Assembly: GCA_963700285.1 (NCBI GenBank)
Contig: CAVOXA010000010.1
Location: forward strand, 1,856,001-1,920,000
DNA length: 64,000 nucleotides
Source: an uncultured Chloroflexia bacterium
Lineage (GTDB): Bacteria > Chloroflexota > Anaerolineae > JAAYZQ01
Direction of reading: 5' to 3'
In this document: positions 10,216-20,324 of the stretch, piece by piece
Layout: each line of letters opens with the position of its first letter
Numbering within the stretch: position 1 is the stretch's first letter
Program-made: the position numbers and the translations under genes
Notes under the pieces: model-generated
Told to the model about the DNA's origin: nothing
Databases searched by the model: none
Seen by the model: only the letters and a program-made list of their open reading frames with translations

Positions 10216-11940
10216 ATGTCTACGCACAGATGCAAATGGCTGTTGTCTATCCTGGTACTGGTGGCCTTGACGCTGTCGCTGCTGCCGGTGGCTTGGGCCC
10301 AGGGTCCGTTTACCCTGACGATCCTGCACACCAACGATACGCACGCCCACTTGGAGTCCTTTCAGCCCTTCAACGAGCCTTTGCAAGGGGGCGTGGCGCG
10401 GCGCTACACGGCCATCCAGCAGGTGAAGGCTGAGGGCGGCAACGTCATCCTGGTGGATGCGGGCGATGCCTTCCAGGGCACGCTTTTTTTCAACCAATGG
10501 CAGGGTGAGGAGGAATCTCACTTTATGAACGCTCTGGGCTACCAAGCCATGGCCGTTGGCAACCACGAATTCGACCTCGGCCCGGCCGGACTGGCCAGCT
10601 TTGTCCAGCAGGCCGCTTTCCCAGTCTTGAGCGCCAACCTGGACGCTTCGACGGATCCCGATCTGGGCGGCCTCATCAAAGCCTACACGGTCTTGGACGT
10701 GGCCGGTGAAAAGGTGGGCGTCTTTGGCCTAACGACGCCGGACACGGCCTTTATCTCCAGTCCCGGACCCAACGTTGACTTTGGGGATGCCACCGACGCC
10801 GCCCAGGCCATGGTGGAGGCTCTGGAGGGTCAAGGGATCAACAAGATCGTGGCCTTGACCCACCTGGGCTACAGCGTGGACCAGAAGCTGGCCACTGCCG
10901 TGGATGGCGTCGACGTCATCGTAGGCGGGCACAGCCACACGCCGCTGGGCGATATGGAGGGCGCCCAGGGACCTTATCCCACCGTGGTCACGGCGCCTGG
11001 GGGTGACCCGGTGTTGGTCGTCACCGCCTATGATTGGGGCAGGTATTTGGGCCGCCTGGACGTTTCGTTCGACGCCAATGGAAAGATCGAGACGTACGAG
11101 GGCAAACCGATCTTCATAGACGAGAGTATCCCGGAGGATGTCGGCATCGCGGCCGACGTGGCCAAATATGCCCAACCCCTCGAGGAACTACAGAACCAGA
11201 TCGTCGGACAGGCAGCCGTCAATCTGGAGGGGGATCGGGAGTTGGTGCGCAGCCAGGAGACCAACCTGGCGGACCTGATCTGCGACGCGATGCTGTGGAA
11301 GTCGGCGAGCGAGGACACCCAGATCTGCATTGTGAATGGCGGAGGCATCCGGTCCAGCATCCCGGCCGGTGACGTGAGTATGGGCCAGGTTTTGGAGGTG
11401 CTGCCCTTTGGCAACCAGATTTCCACGTTTGGCCTGAAGGGTTCTGACCTTTGGGCGGCTCTGGAGCATGGCGTCAGCGGCTACGAGGATCAAAATGGTG
11501 CGTTCCCGCAGGTCGGCGGGATGCGCTATACCTTTGATCCCAATCAGCCCGCAGGCTCGCGCATCACCAGCGTCGAGGTCAAGAGCGCCGATGGTGGTTA
11601 CACTCCCATCGATCTGGGCGCGGTCTACAAGATGACCTCCAACGAGTACATGCGCGGCGGAGGGGATGGCTATGACATTCTGGCCACCAACGCCATCGAC
11701 CCCTACGATGGCGGCGCGCTACTATCCGACGCGGTGGCCGAGTACATCGGCGCCCATTCACCTGTGAGCCCGGCCACGGAGGGGCGCATAACCATAGGGC
11801 AAGCAGGGCTGCCGACGGCGGGCGGGAAATCGTTCGAGGGCTTTATGGCTGGCTTTGTTGTCCTGCTCGGCGCTGCGCTGATCGTCGCCGGTGTGCGTAT
11901 GCGGCAGGAGCTGGATGGCGGCCTGCCGCCTCAGGACTAG
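10216..11940 (+). CDS. Secreted 5'-nucleotidase/UDP-sugar hydrolase with sortase-type C-terminal anchor
   Basis: Signal peptide; HTNDTH, DAGDAFQG, GNHEFD, GGHSHT, NGGGIR; LPTAG + TM helix + RMR tail. Confidence 0.9.
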   Translation: MSTHRCKWLLSILVLVALTLSLLPVAWAQGPFTLTILHTNDTHAHLESFQPFNEPLQGGVARRYTAIQQVKAEGGNVILVDAGDAFQGTLFFNQWQGEEESHFMNALGYQAMAVGNHEFDLGPAGLASFVQQAAFPVLSANLDASTDPDLGGLIKAYTVLDVAGEKVGVFGLTTPDTAFISSPGPNVDFGDATDAAQAMVEALEGQGINKIVALTHLGYSVDQKLATAVDGVDVIVGGHSHTPLGDMEGAQGPYPTVVTAPGGDPVLVVTAYDWGRYLGRLDVSFDANGKIETYEGKPIFIDESIPEDVGIAADVAKYAQPLEELQNQIVGQAAVNLEGDRELVRSQETNLADLICDAMLWKSASEDTQICIVNGGGIRSSIPAGDVSMGQVLEVLPFGNQISTFGLKGSDLWAALEHGVSGYEDQNGAFPQVGGMRYTFDPNQPAGSRITSVEVKSADGGYTPIDLGAVYKMTSNEYMRGGGDGYDILATNAIDPYDGGALLSDAVAEYIGAHSPVSPATEGRITIGQAGLPTAGGKSFEGFMAGFVVLLGAALIVAGVRMRQELDGGLPPQD

Positions 11941-11950
11941 GGCGCAGAAC

Positions 11951-11987
11951 AACCCTCGACCCAAGGCAACCGCCGAGGGATTTTTGT
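11951..11987 (+). terminator. Probable intrinsic terminator
   Basis: ccctcg...cgaggg stem followed by a T tract (attttt), just after the nucleotidase stop. Confidence 0.5.
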
Positions 11988-12355
11988 GAGCCTTTTGTAC
12001 ATGAAAGGCCCAGACAAGGGCCAAGGCTCCCGCTATTCTGGGTCTTGGTCCTTGTTTGCCGCAGTAAAAGCGTATCCATTTCGATGGAAATTGTACTGGG
12101 GGAAAAGGCCTGACCCTGATCCTGGCCAGAGTTGGTGTGATCGGGCCTTGTGTCAGCGCCCAACGATACGGGAATCGAAGGCGGGAACGATGCATCTCAG
12201 CCGGTTTCAACCGGCGCTGCTCAGTAGCCTTGGGCCTTTAGCCCAGGGCAATCTGTGCCACCCAAGACTCCACTCGACAGGGTACACTTTTCTCCCAAAT
12301 GTTCTCGCGTTGCACATCATCTCGCGGTACAATGGGTCGAGGGTGGAGACAGACT

Positions 12356-12907
12356 ATGAGGCTATTAGCTGACATCTTGACGGCAGTGCGGTTGGTCTTT
12401 GCTGCCGTTATCGTTTACACGGGTCTGCAATACGGCGCCCAGGCATTTGGCGCCGTGGCGGCCGTCTTTCTCCTGGGCTGGACCCTGGATACGCTGGATG
12501 GCCACCTGGCCCGGGCGGATACCAGCCGCCCACCCAGTTGGCTGGGCCGCAACGAGCGCCAGGTGGATGCGGTCATGGTGGTAGCGGGTTTTGTCTACCT
12601 GACTCTAATTGGCATCGTACCCGCGTGGTTGAGTATTGCTTATCTTGGCGTATCCACCCTTCTGCTGATCAGGTTCCGCTCCAAGGCCGTGTTGACGCTG
12701 CTGGAAGCGCCCCTGGTCATGCTCATGGTGGCAACAGCATTCTTTCTGGAGCCGTTGTGGGGCTGGCTGTACGTGGCCTGGGGTACCGGTGCGTTGATCG
12801 TGGATCGACGCCGGCTAAAGATCCGGGTGGAAATTCTCTGGGACGATGCGCGTCGGCTTCGCGGCCGGCTTGCCAGTGGGGATGCCGAGGACGCCGAAGA
12901 ACGGTAG
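12356..12907 (+). CDS. CDP-alcohol phosphatidyltransferase family membrane protein
   Basis: ADILTAVRL...DTLDGHLAR...WLG...D motif; several TM segments. Confidence 0.8.
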   Translation: MRLLADILTAVRLVFAAVIVYTGLQYGAQAFGAVAAVFLLGWTLDTLDGHLARADTSRPPSWLGRNERQVDAVMVVAGFVYLTLIGIVPAWLSIAYLGVSTLLLIRFRSKAVLTLLEAPLVMLMVATAFFLEPLWGWLYVAWGTGALIVDRRRLKIRVEILWDDARRLRGRLASGDAEDAEER

Positions 12908-12953
12908 CACATGTGGGCGATTTCGATCGAGTCTGCTGAGCGTTCCACCAGAA

Positions 12954-12990
12954 GGGCCGCCCGCGCAAAGCGGGCGGCCCCCGATTTATT
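12954..12990. terminator. Strong hairpin between convergent genes
   Basis: gggccgcccgc-gcaaa-gcgggcggccc perfect 11-bp stem. Confidence 0.6.
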
Positions 12991-13011
12991 CTAGATCCCA
13001 GTACCTGGGCA

Positions 13012-14910
13012 TTACACGCCGATCTCATCGGCCACCCAGCCGATGCCCAGTTCCTCCAGTTTGCCCCGCGTAGGAACGCCCTGCGCATCCCAGCCGGACA
13101 TGGCATAGTAGGTGTCCTTGGCTTTTTCCAGTTCGGCCGGATCGATGTAGAAGCCGTGGGAGGGGCCGCCCTCCTTCGGTTTCGTTAGTTTGGCCGGAAG
13201 TACGTCGTCCTCGCGGGTGAACCCGGCCCGGACATTGAAGGCCCGCATCATGTTGATGCGTCGCTCGCCAACCTTCATCAACTCCCACAGGCTCACGTCC
13301 CAGCCGGTAACCGCTTTCACCATCTGCACCAACTGGTTACAGTCATAAAGTTGCCAGGCCGGTCCCCAGACGAACTGGCAGACGTTGACGCTGTCTGCCA
13401 GGCTGTAGAATCGCTGCGTGTAAAGGGCAAAGCGGATCTTTTCCGCGTCAAGCCCATACTTTGGCTGTCCATCCAACAGATCCAACTGTGCCAATCGCCC
13501 CTGGAAGTCCTCAAAGTCATCTTCGTAGGCGCCATCGTGCTCTGATGACTGGTGGTCGGCGCCAAAGGGATTGACGGCGTAGATGAGTCCCAGGCTACGC
13601 TTGACCTCGGGCATGTGCGCTGGCAGGTCGTGGCCCTTGACCACTACCGCCAGGTCCTCGGCCCCATTCCCGATCTGCTTTGCCGCTCGCAATGCTCCCT
13701 CGGCCAGGACGTTGCCAAAGCCTTCCCGTTTGGCGATCTGCTCCGCCATCTGGGTCATGGCTGCTGCGTTGCCAAAACGCAGTTCAACCCCGCCCGTGTC
13801 CTCCAACGTGAGCAGGCCTTGCTCAAAGCAGTCCATGGCAAAGGCGATGGTTGCCCCGCAAGCGATGGTATCCATACCGTACATGTTGCACACTTGGTTG
13901 GCATAAGACACGGCGGCAAGGTCGTCGATCCCACAGTAGGAGCCAAAGGTAGCCAGCGTCTCGTACTCGGGACCGCCATAGCGCGGGTCCACCTTTTTCC
14001 CCTGCCATTCTGTTTCCACCACGCGCTTGCAGCGTATCACGCAGGCGTAGCAGGTGTCCCGCTCCTTGAGGATGGTGTTGCTCATGACCTCGCCCGTCAG
14101 CGATTCGTGGCCCTCCAGGACCCCGCTGGACCAGTTGTTCGTGGGCAGCCCACCCGATTCATGCTGGAAGGCCAACACGTCGGCGGTACCATCCATACCC
14201 AGGCTATAGACGTCCGAATCCTCAAAGTTCTGCGCACCCCAGCGGGCCAGCTCCGTCAGTGCCTTGCGGTCGGCGATCTCCGGCTTGCTGGTTCCGCGCA
14301 CGGCGACGGCCTTCAGGTTCTTGGAACCCATCACCGCGCCCATGCCGGTTCGCCCGTTGGCCCGGTTGCTCATGTTGATGATGCAGGCAAAGCGCACGCC
14401 CTTTTCGCCGGCCGGGCCGCACTGCAAGACCTCTACCTTGGCATCGTCCAACTCTTCCTCGATGGCGGCCTGGACCTCGCCGGTGACCTTGCCCCACAGG
14501 TGGCCGGCATCCCGCAACTCGGCCTCGCCGTCGTGTACCCAGAGGTAGACGGGCTTTTCCGCCTTGCCCTTGATGACAAATGCGTCAAAGCCAGCGTTCT
14601 TGGCCTCGGCCGGCCAGAAACCACCCGCCTGGGCGTCGCCGATAGCGCCGCTCAGAGGTGATCTGGCTGTGGCCGTCACGCGGCTTTGGCCCGAGACCGC
14701 TGCACCTGTGGTCACGCCCAGGCTCAGCACCAGGACGTTTTCCGGTTCTAGGGCATCGGCGTCAGCGGGAATGAGCTTGAGGGCGTAGTGCATGCCCAGG
14801 GCGCTGCCGCCCATATACCTGCGGAAGAACGTCTCGCCCGGCTCTTCCACCTCTAGCTTGCCTGCCGTCAGGTCCACGTGCAGGATCTTTCCGTTGTATC
14901 CGTTCGGCAT
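13012..14910 (-). CDS. aor: Aldehyde:ferredoxin oxidoreductase (W/Mo-pterin, AOR family)
   Basis: GYNGKILHVDL, GRTGMGAVMGSKNLKA, CYACVIRC, PEYETLATFG, GVPTRGKLEELG. Confidence 0.95.
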   Translation of the reverse strand: MPNGYNGKILHVDLTAGKLEVEEPGETFFRRYMGGSALGMHYALKLIPADADALEPENVLVLSLGVTTGAAVSGQSRVTATARSPLSGAIGDAQAGGFWPAEAKNAGFDAFVIKGKAEKPVYLWVHDGEAELRDAGHLWGKVTGEVQAAIEEELDDAKVEVLQCGPAGEKGVRFACIINMSNRANGRTGMGAVMGSKNLKAVAVRGTSKPEIADRKALTELARWGAQNFEDSDVYSLGMDGTADVLAFQHESGGLPTNNWSSGVLEGHESLTGEVMSNTILKERDTCYACVIRCKRVVETEWQGKKVDPRYGGPEYETLATFGSYCGIDDLAAVSYANQVCNMYGMDTIACGATIAFAMDCFEQGLLTLEDTGGVELRFGNAAAMTQMAEQIAKREGFGNVLAEGALRAAKQIGNGAEDLAVVVKGHDLPAHMPEVKRSLGLIYAVNPFGADHQSSEHDGAYEDDFEDFQGRLAQLDLLDGQPKYGLDAEKIRFALYTQRFYSLADSVNVCQFVWGPAWQLYDCNQLVQMVKAVTGWDVSLWELMKVGERRINMMRAFNVRAGFTREDDVLPAKLTKPKEGGPSHGFYIDPAELEKAKDTYYAMSGWDAQGVPTRGKLEELGIGWVADEIGV

Positions 14911-15008
14911 TGTCAACACCTCCTCGTGATTTTTACTCTAGTCTCCGCGCAAAGGCGGCAGTCCGTGTGACGGGCGGGTCCGAGTTTCCCGAAATCTCCT
15001 GCTGCAGC

Positions 15009-15302
15009 CTACCCGCCGACGACAAATGGGAAAACCCGAACCGAGTCACCGTCATGCAGGACGCGGTTGAGGTCCCTCTCATGTTCGCCGTTGACAGCGC
15101 ACAGCTTCACGCGCCTGTGGATAGCGAGTTGCTCCACCAGGTCACCCAAGGTGGCGCCATTGGTCAGCTCGATGTCGGCTTCCCCCCGCGCCTCCGGAGG
15201 CAAATGCGCCCGGAAACGGGACATGAGCTGTACGTGAACGCGCACACGGCCCTCAGTTCTTTCTGTGGCCGGGGTAACAGTCCCCTGATCAACACTTGAC
15301 AT
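15009..15302 (-). CDS. MoaD/ThiS ubiquitin-like sulfur carrier
   Basis: AVNGE...LHDGDSVRVFPFVVGG C-terminal GG; directly upstream of aor; start uncertain. Confidence 0.85.
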   Translation of the reverse strand: MSSVDQGTVTPATERTEGRVRVHVQLMSRFRAHLPPEARGEADIELTNGATLGDLVEQLAIHRRVKLCAVNGEHERDLNRVLHDGDSVRVFPFVVGG

Positions 15303-15498
15303 GCTGGCATTATACTCCAAAAACCGCCAAACAGCAAGCGGTCATAGGCCGCTACGCCAATAGGACAAGCTACCCTGCCATCCCGCTTCTTCCGTTGATT
15401 TTTGCCATAGGGACAAGGTGTGCTAAGATAGCCTATTCCAAGAGATGGCCGCTGCAAGCAGAGCACTTCTCTGCCAGGAGACCAGGGAGGGGGTGGAC

Positions 15499-16518
15499 AT
15501 GAGATTGACGCACAAAGAGCGGATGCAGCGGGCCCTGGGTCACGAGCCGATTGACCGCTTGCCGACGCAGGTCAATTATACATCGTCGATGGGCCTTCAG
15601 TTGGCTGAGTGCTTGGGTGTGTCCCTGGAGGATCTGCCTGCTCGTCTGGACAATCACTTTCTGCGGGTTGACATTTCCCACGAGCGTGCCTACAGCAAAG
15701 ATGGGCGTATCGCCTTCGACTGGTGGGGCGTCGGGTTCGATACCCGTGAGGAAGGCTATTTCGCTGCCACCAACCCCTTGGCGGAAAGCAGGGATCTTGA
15801 TGCCTTCCCCTGGCCCGATCCTCACGCTCTGGGTTTGCTGGATGGCGCCGGCAGGGCGATCCATGATGATGGCGGCCAGCACTTTGTCGCTCCCAATTTC
15901 GGCTTTGCCCTCTTTGAGAGAGCCTGGACGCTGCGGGGTTTTGACACCTTCCTGCTGGACATGGCGCTGGATCCCACGTTTGCCCAAGATCTATTGGAGC
16001 GGATCACCGAGATCCAGTTGGTGCTCATCCGGCGCTTCCTGGCCTTGGGTGTGGACGGTGGGTATTTCGGAGATGATTATGGGGCCCAGAATAATATGCT
16101 GTTTTCACCCAAGATGTGGCGCCAGATGATCAAGCCCCGGCTGGCCCGGATGTTCGCGCCCTTCCGCGAGGCGGGCCTGCCGGTAATGATGCACTCCGAC
16201 GGGCAGATCGCCGACATCCTCCCCGACCTGGTAGAGATCGGCTTGACAGCCTACAACCCGGTCCAGCCAGAAGTCGTCGATCACGGCTGGCTTAGACGCA
16301 CCTTTGGGCAACGGCTGGCCTACTATGGCGGTATTTCTACCCAGACCGTCTTACCCCAGGGTTCGCCACGGGATGTCAGCCGGGCCGTTTCCGACTGTGT
16401 GGCAACGCTGGCTCCCGAAAATACCGGCCTCCTGATCGCCCCCTCCCATCGCCTGATGAGCGACATCCCCCTGGAAAACATTGATGCTTTGTTGCAGTCT
16501 TTTGCCACACTTCCATAG
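15499..16518 (+). CDS. Uroporphyrinogen decarboxylase (URO-D)/MtaA-CmuA-like protein
   Basis: LFERAWTLRG, GDDYGAQ, HSDG, NPVQPE, YGGISTQTVLPQG, APSH. Confidence 0.85.
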   Translation: MRLTHKERMQRALGHEPIDRLPTQVNYTSSMGLQLAECLGVSLEDLPARLDNHFLRVDISHERAYSKDGRIAFDWWGVGFDTREEGYFAATNPLAESRDLDAFPWPDPHALGLLDGAGRAIHDDGGQHFVAPNFGFALFERAWTLRGFDTFLLDMALDPTFAQDLLERITEIQLVLIRRFLALGVDGGYFGDDYGAQNNMLFSPKMWRQMIKPRLARMFAPFREAGLPVMMHSDGQIADILPDLVEIGLTAYNPVQPEVVDHGWLRRTFGQRLAYYGGISTQTVLPQGSPRDVSRAVSDCVATLAPENTGLLIAPSHRLMSDIPLENIDALLQSFATLP

Positions 16519-16645
16519 ACCTGCTTGGTAGGGTCAGATGTCCATCGCGTTCAAGTTCAGGGTTTGACAGTGCCTCAACGATGTGGTAAAACCAAACTGA
16601 AAGAGTAACCGGAATACCGCGTCCAAAGAGGTGAGGCCACTGCCT

Positions 16646-17815
16646 ATGGATGTTCAAGCAAGAAGAGACCTGGTTGCCGGCCAGTTTGTTGAGCGGTTCG
16701 GCAAACCGCCTTCGGTATGGACCCAGGCGCCCGGCCGGGTCGACCTTATGGGCAGCCATACCGACTACAACCTGGGCTACGTGCTCACCCAGGCCATCGA
16801 CCGCAATACCTGGATCGCCGCCAAACCGCGGGAGGATGGCAGGGTTGCCATCCAGTCCCTGAACCTGGAGGGCGGTGTCGAATTCAGTCTGGAACAGATT
16901 GAATACGACCCTGTTCTTCCCTGGACGAACTATGTCCGCGGGGTGGCGGCGGCTCTACGCCAGAAAGGCTACCTTCTCCAGGGCTTTGATGGGCTGATTC
17001 ACAGTACCATTCCCTTTGGCAGCGGCCTCAGCTCGTCGGCCGCCCTGGAGGTCGCTGCTGCCGTCTTGTTCAACGTCCTGGGCGATCTGAAGATCGATCC
17101 TGTCCAGATGGCGCTCCTCTGCCAGCAGGCAGAGAACGAGTTCGTGGGCCTGAATTGCGGCATCCTGGACCAGTATTCGTCCGCCATGGGCAGGGCAGGC
17201 AGTGTGCTGTTGCTGGACTGCCGCGATCTCAGCAGCCAGACCAAACCACTGGCTGACGGTATTCGGGTGATCATTTGTGACACCCGCGCCAAACGAGAGT
17301 TGACCGGATCCGAATATGCGGAGCGGCGCGCCCAATGCGAGGAGGGAGTCCGTATTCTCGCCGGCTTTCACCCTGGTATCCAGGCGCTGCGGGATGTGGA
17401 CCTGGAACAATTAGAGACCCACAGACCTGATCTGCCCAGCGTGGTCTATCGGCGCTGCCGGTTCATCATCGAGGAGAATCAGCGTGTACTGGATATTGCT
17501 GATGCGCTGGCCCAAGGCGACCGAAGACAGATCTCCGCCCTGGCAGCCGCATCATACGCCGGCGCACGGGACCTGTACGAGATCAGTTGTGGCGAGATGG
17601 AGATGATGATCGCCGCCATGCTGAACGCCCCCGGCGTCATTGGCGCCCGGCAGGCAGGTGCTGGCTTTGGCGGATGCATGGTTGCCTGCGTGGAACAACG
17701 GCAGGTTGATGCCTTTGCCCGGCACGTGCGCGACTACTACCAGACAAGCTCGGGCCTCGAGCCCCACGTGTATCCGGTCTTGGCTGCAACTGGTGCTGGG
17801 CTCCTGGTGTGGTAA
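16646..17815 (+). CDS. galK: Galactokinase
   Basis: PGRVDLMGSHTDYNLG, PFGSGLSSSAA, CGILDQ, GAGFGGC. Confidence 0.9.
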   Translation: MDVQARRDLVAGQFVERFGKPPSVWTQAPGRVDLMGSHTDYNLGYVLTQAIDRNTWIAAKPREDGRVAIQSLNLEGGVEFSLEQIEYDPVLPWTNYVRGVAAALRQKGYLLQGFDGLIHSTIPFGSGLSSSAALEVAAAVLFNVLGDLKIDPVQMALLCQQAENEFVGLNCGILDQYSSAMGRAGSVLLLDCRDLSSQTKPLADGIRVIICDTRAKRELTGSEYAERRAQCEEGVRILAGFHPGIQALRDVDLEQLETHRPDLPSVVYRRCRFIIEENQRVLDIADALAQGDRRQISALAAASYAGARDLYEISCGEMEMMIAAMLNAPGVIGARQAGAGFGGCMVACVEQRQVDAFARHVRDYYQTSSGLEPHVYPVLAATGAGLLVW

Positions 17816-17829
17816 GGAAGGAATCGGGA

Positions 17830-18744
17830 GTGAGAGAAGTACCGAACACCGTCGATATCGTTGCCAACGCCTCCCGGGTAGGTCTGGTGGTACCGGCTTT
17901 CAATGTGCCATACCTGCCCATGATTGAGCCGGTCATACGTGCGCTGGTCGATCAGGATTCTTTTGCCCTGATCGAAGTTGCCCGCCTGGAGTGGATGAAA
18001 TTCGAGGCTCAGGGCCCGGCCGCGGTCATGGAAGAGTTCCAAAAGTGGAACCAGCCCGCTTATGTGCGGCTCCATCTCGATCATGTGCCCGTCATCGATG
18101 AGGATGACCTGTGGGTGGACTACTTGGACATCATCAAGGGTGCCATCGGCCTGGGTTTCCATTCGGTCATGGTGGATGGTTCGCGGCTGAGCCTGGAAGA
18201 CAACATTGAGGTCACCCGGCAGGTAGCCGGTCTGGCGCACAAGGCAGGCATCCCGTGCGAGGGCGAGCTGGGCGCGGTCTTGGGACACGAATCGGGGCCG
18301 CTGCCGCCCTACGACGAGCTTTTTGACTCGGGTCTGGGTTTCACCGACGTCGGGGATGCACAGCGTTTTGTCCAGGAAACCGGCTGCGACTGGCTTTCGG
18401 TGGCGATCGGCAACGTCCATGGGGCCGTATCCGGCGTGCTGAAAGACCAGAAGAAGGTCGAGGCCCGGTTGCACCTCGACCATCTGGGAAAACTGCGTCA
18501 GGCGACGGGCGTGCCGCTTGTACTACACGGCGGCTCTGGAATACAGCGGGACTATTTACTGGCGGCCATCAAGCTGGGCATTGCCAAGGTCAATGTTGGC
18601 ACCGAAATCAGGCAGGTGTACGAATCAGCCCTCAGGCAATCGAGCAGCGTTGCCGCTGCTCAGCAGGCAGTATACGGTCACACCTGCTGGCTGATCCGCG
18701 ACTACTTTGGCCTCGCCGGTACCAGGGAATTCGTGTTGAGCTAG
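17830..18744 (+). CDS. Class II fructose/tagatose-bisphosphate aldolase
   Basis: HLDH, SVMVDGS, EGELG, AIGNVHG, VLHGGSG, KVNVGT. Confidence 0.9.
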   Translation: MREVPNTVDIVANASRVGLVVPAFNVPYLPMIEPVIRALVDQDSFALIEVARLEWMKFEAQGPAAVMEEFQKWNQPAYVRLHLDHVPVIDEDDLWVDYLDIIKGAIGLGFHSVMVDGSRLSLEDNIEVTRQVAGLAHKAGIPCEGELGAVLGHESGPLPPYDELFDSGLGFTDVGDAQRFVQETGCDWLSVAIGNVHGAVSGVLKDQKKVEARLHLDHLGKLRQATGVPLVLHGGSGIQRDYLLAAIKLGIAKVNVGTEIRQVYESALRQSSSVAAAQQAVYGHTCWLIRDYFGLAGTREFVLS

Positions 18745-18772
18745 TCCCCCCCGTAAACGTGAGGAGTACAAA

Positions 18773-20308
18773 ATGAGCCTGCTAGGAATTGATGTAGGAA
18801 CGACAGGCTGCAAGGCAGTTGTTTTCTCTGTGACTGGGGATCCACTCGCGTCTGCCTACGAGGAATACGACGTCCAGAGACCGGAGGCCGGCTGGGCGGA
18901 GTTGGACGCAGTCGATGTCTGGGCCAAGGTCAAGAGGACCATCGCCACGGTATGCGCCGACTGTGCCTCGGATCCCATCCAGGCCCTCGCTGTATCCTCG
19001 TTGGGCGAGGCCATGGTACCAGTTTCGGCCAGCGGCCAGTTGTTGGGACCATCCATCGTCGCCAGCTTTGACCTGCGCGGCGCCGAGTACCTCCCCAGCC
19101 TGGGGAGTGTCCTGGGGAATGAACGCCTGTACCAGATAAATGGCAACACGCTGGGCAACAATTACAGCCTGACAAAGCTCAAATGGATCCAGGAATACGA
19201 ACCGGGGCTGTACGAGAAGACAGACAAGTTTCTGCTGTGGGGCACCTTTGTCTCTTTCATGCTTGGCGCGGAGCCCGTAGTAGACTACTCTCTAGCAAAT
19301 CGGAGCCTGCTTTTTGACATCAACCGGGAAGCCTGGTCGGAAGAGATCCTCCGAATCACTGGTCTTGACCGTGCCAAGTTGCCTGACACGGCTCCGTCGG
19401 GTACCGCAATCGGCACGGTCTCCGCACGAGTCGCGGAGGAACTGGGCCTGCCGGCCGGCGTCCGCATCATCGCTGGCGCGCACGACCAGTGCGCCAACGC
19501 CGTGGGCTGCGGGGTGGTCCAGGAGGGCAGCGCCGTGTACGGCATGGGTACCTTTACCTGTATCACACCCCTATTCAGCCAGCGTCGTAAGCCTCAGATC
19601 ATGATCGAGCGGGGGCTGAATACGGAACACCACGCCGTGCCCGAGCGGTATGTGAGCTTTATTTACAACCAGGGAGGGTCTCTGGTCAAGTGGTTTCGGG
19701 ACACATTTGCCGCGGTCGACCATCGCCAGGCGTTAGCCCAGGGACGGGACACCTACGGTGACCTCATGGCCGAGATGCCAGATGAGCCAAGCGGTCTCAT
19801 GGTCCTACCCCACTTTGCGACAACCGGACCCCCAGATTACATCTCCAATTCCTGTGGCCTCATCGCTGGTTTGCGGTTGGAGACGCCCCGGGGAAGTATC
19901 TTGAAGGGTATCATCGAGGGCGATGCATTTTATCTGAAAGAGTCGGTCGAATCGCTTCCGCCCACCGGGATCACGATCACCAAGTACCACGCAGCGGGTG
20001 GCGGAAGCCAGTCGGATGCCTGGGTTCAAACCTGTGCCGACATTTTGGGCCGGCTCTTTGTGCGACCGGCTATTACCGAAGCTGGCGCCCTGGGGGCGGC
20101 GATCATCGCCGGCGTTGGCAGCGGTCGATTCCTTTCCTTCCAGGACGGCGTGGAGGCCATGGTGCGCTTGGAACGGACTTTCGAGCCGGATCCCTACAGG
20201 CAAAAGTGCTATGCCGATTGGTTTGAGCTGTACAAGGAGTTGTGGCCCACCACTGCTGCCTACCTTCAAGAATTGGCCTCAGCACAGTCGAATCTATCAG
20301 ACGGCTAG
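18773..20308 (+). CDS. FGGY-family carbohydrate kinase (xylulokinase-like)
   Basis: GIDVGTTGCK, GAHDQCANAVG, GGGSQSDAW, ALGAAIIAGVG. Confidence 0.9.
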   Translation: MSLLGIDVGTTGCKAVVFSVTGDPLASAYEEYDVQRPEAGWAELDAVDVWAKVKRTIATVCADCASDPIQALAVSSLGEAMVPVSASGQLLGPSIVASFDLRGAEYLPSLGSVLGNERLYQINGNTLGNNYSLTKLKWIQEYEPGLYEKTDKFLLWGTFVSFMLGAEPVVDYSLANRSLLFDINREAWSEEILRITGLDRAKLPDTAPSGTAIGTVSARVAEELGLPAGVRIIAGAHDQCANAVGCGVVQEGSAVYGMGTFTCITPLFSQRRKPQIMIERGLNTEHHAVPERYVSFIYNQGGSLVKWFRDTFAAVDHRQALAQGRDTYGDLMAEMPDEPSGLMVLPHFATTGPPDYISNSCGLIAGLRLETPRGSILKGIIEGDAFYLKESVESLPPTGITITKYHAAGGGSQSDAWVQTCADILGRLFVRPAITEAGALGAAIIAGVGSGRFLSFQDGVEAMVRLERTFEPDPYRQKCYADWFELYKELWPTTAAYLQELASAQSNLSDG

Positions 20309-20324
20309 GTGGTGTTTTCGCAGG

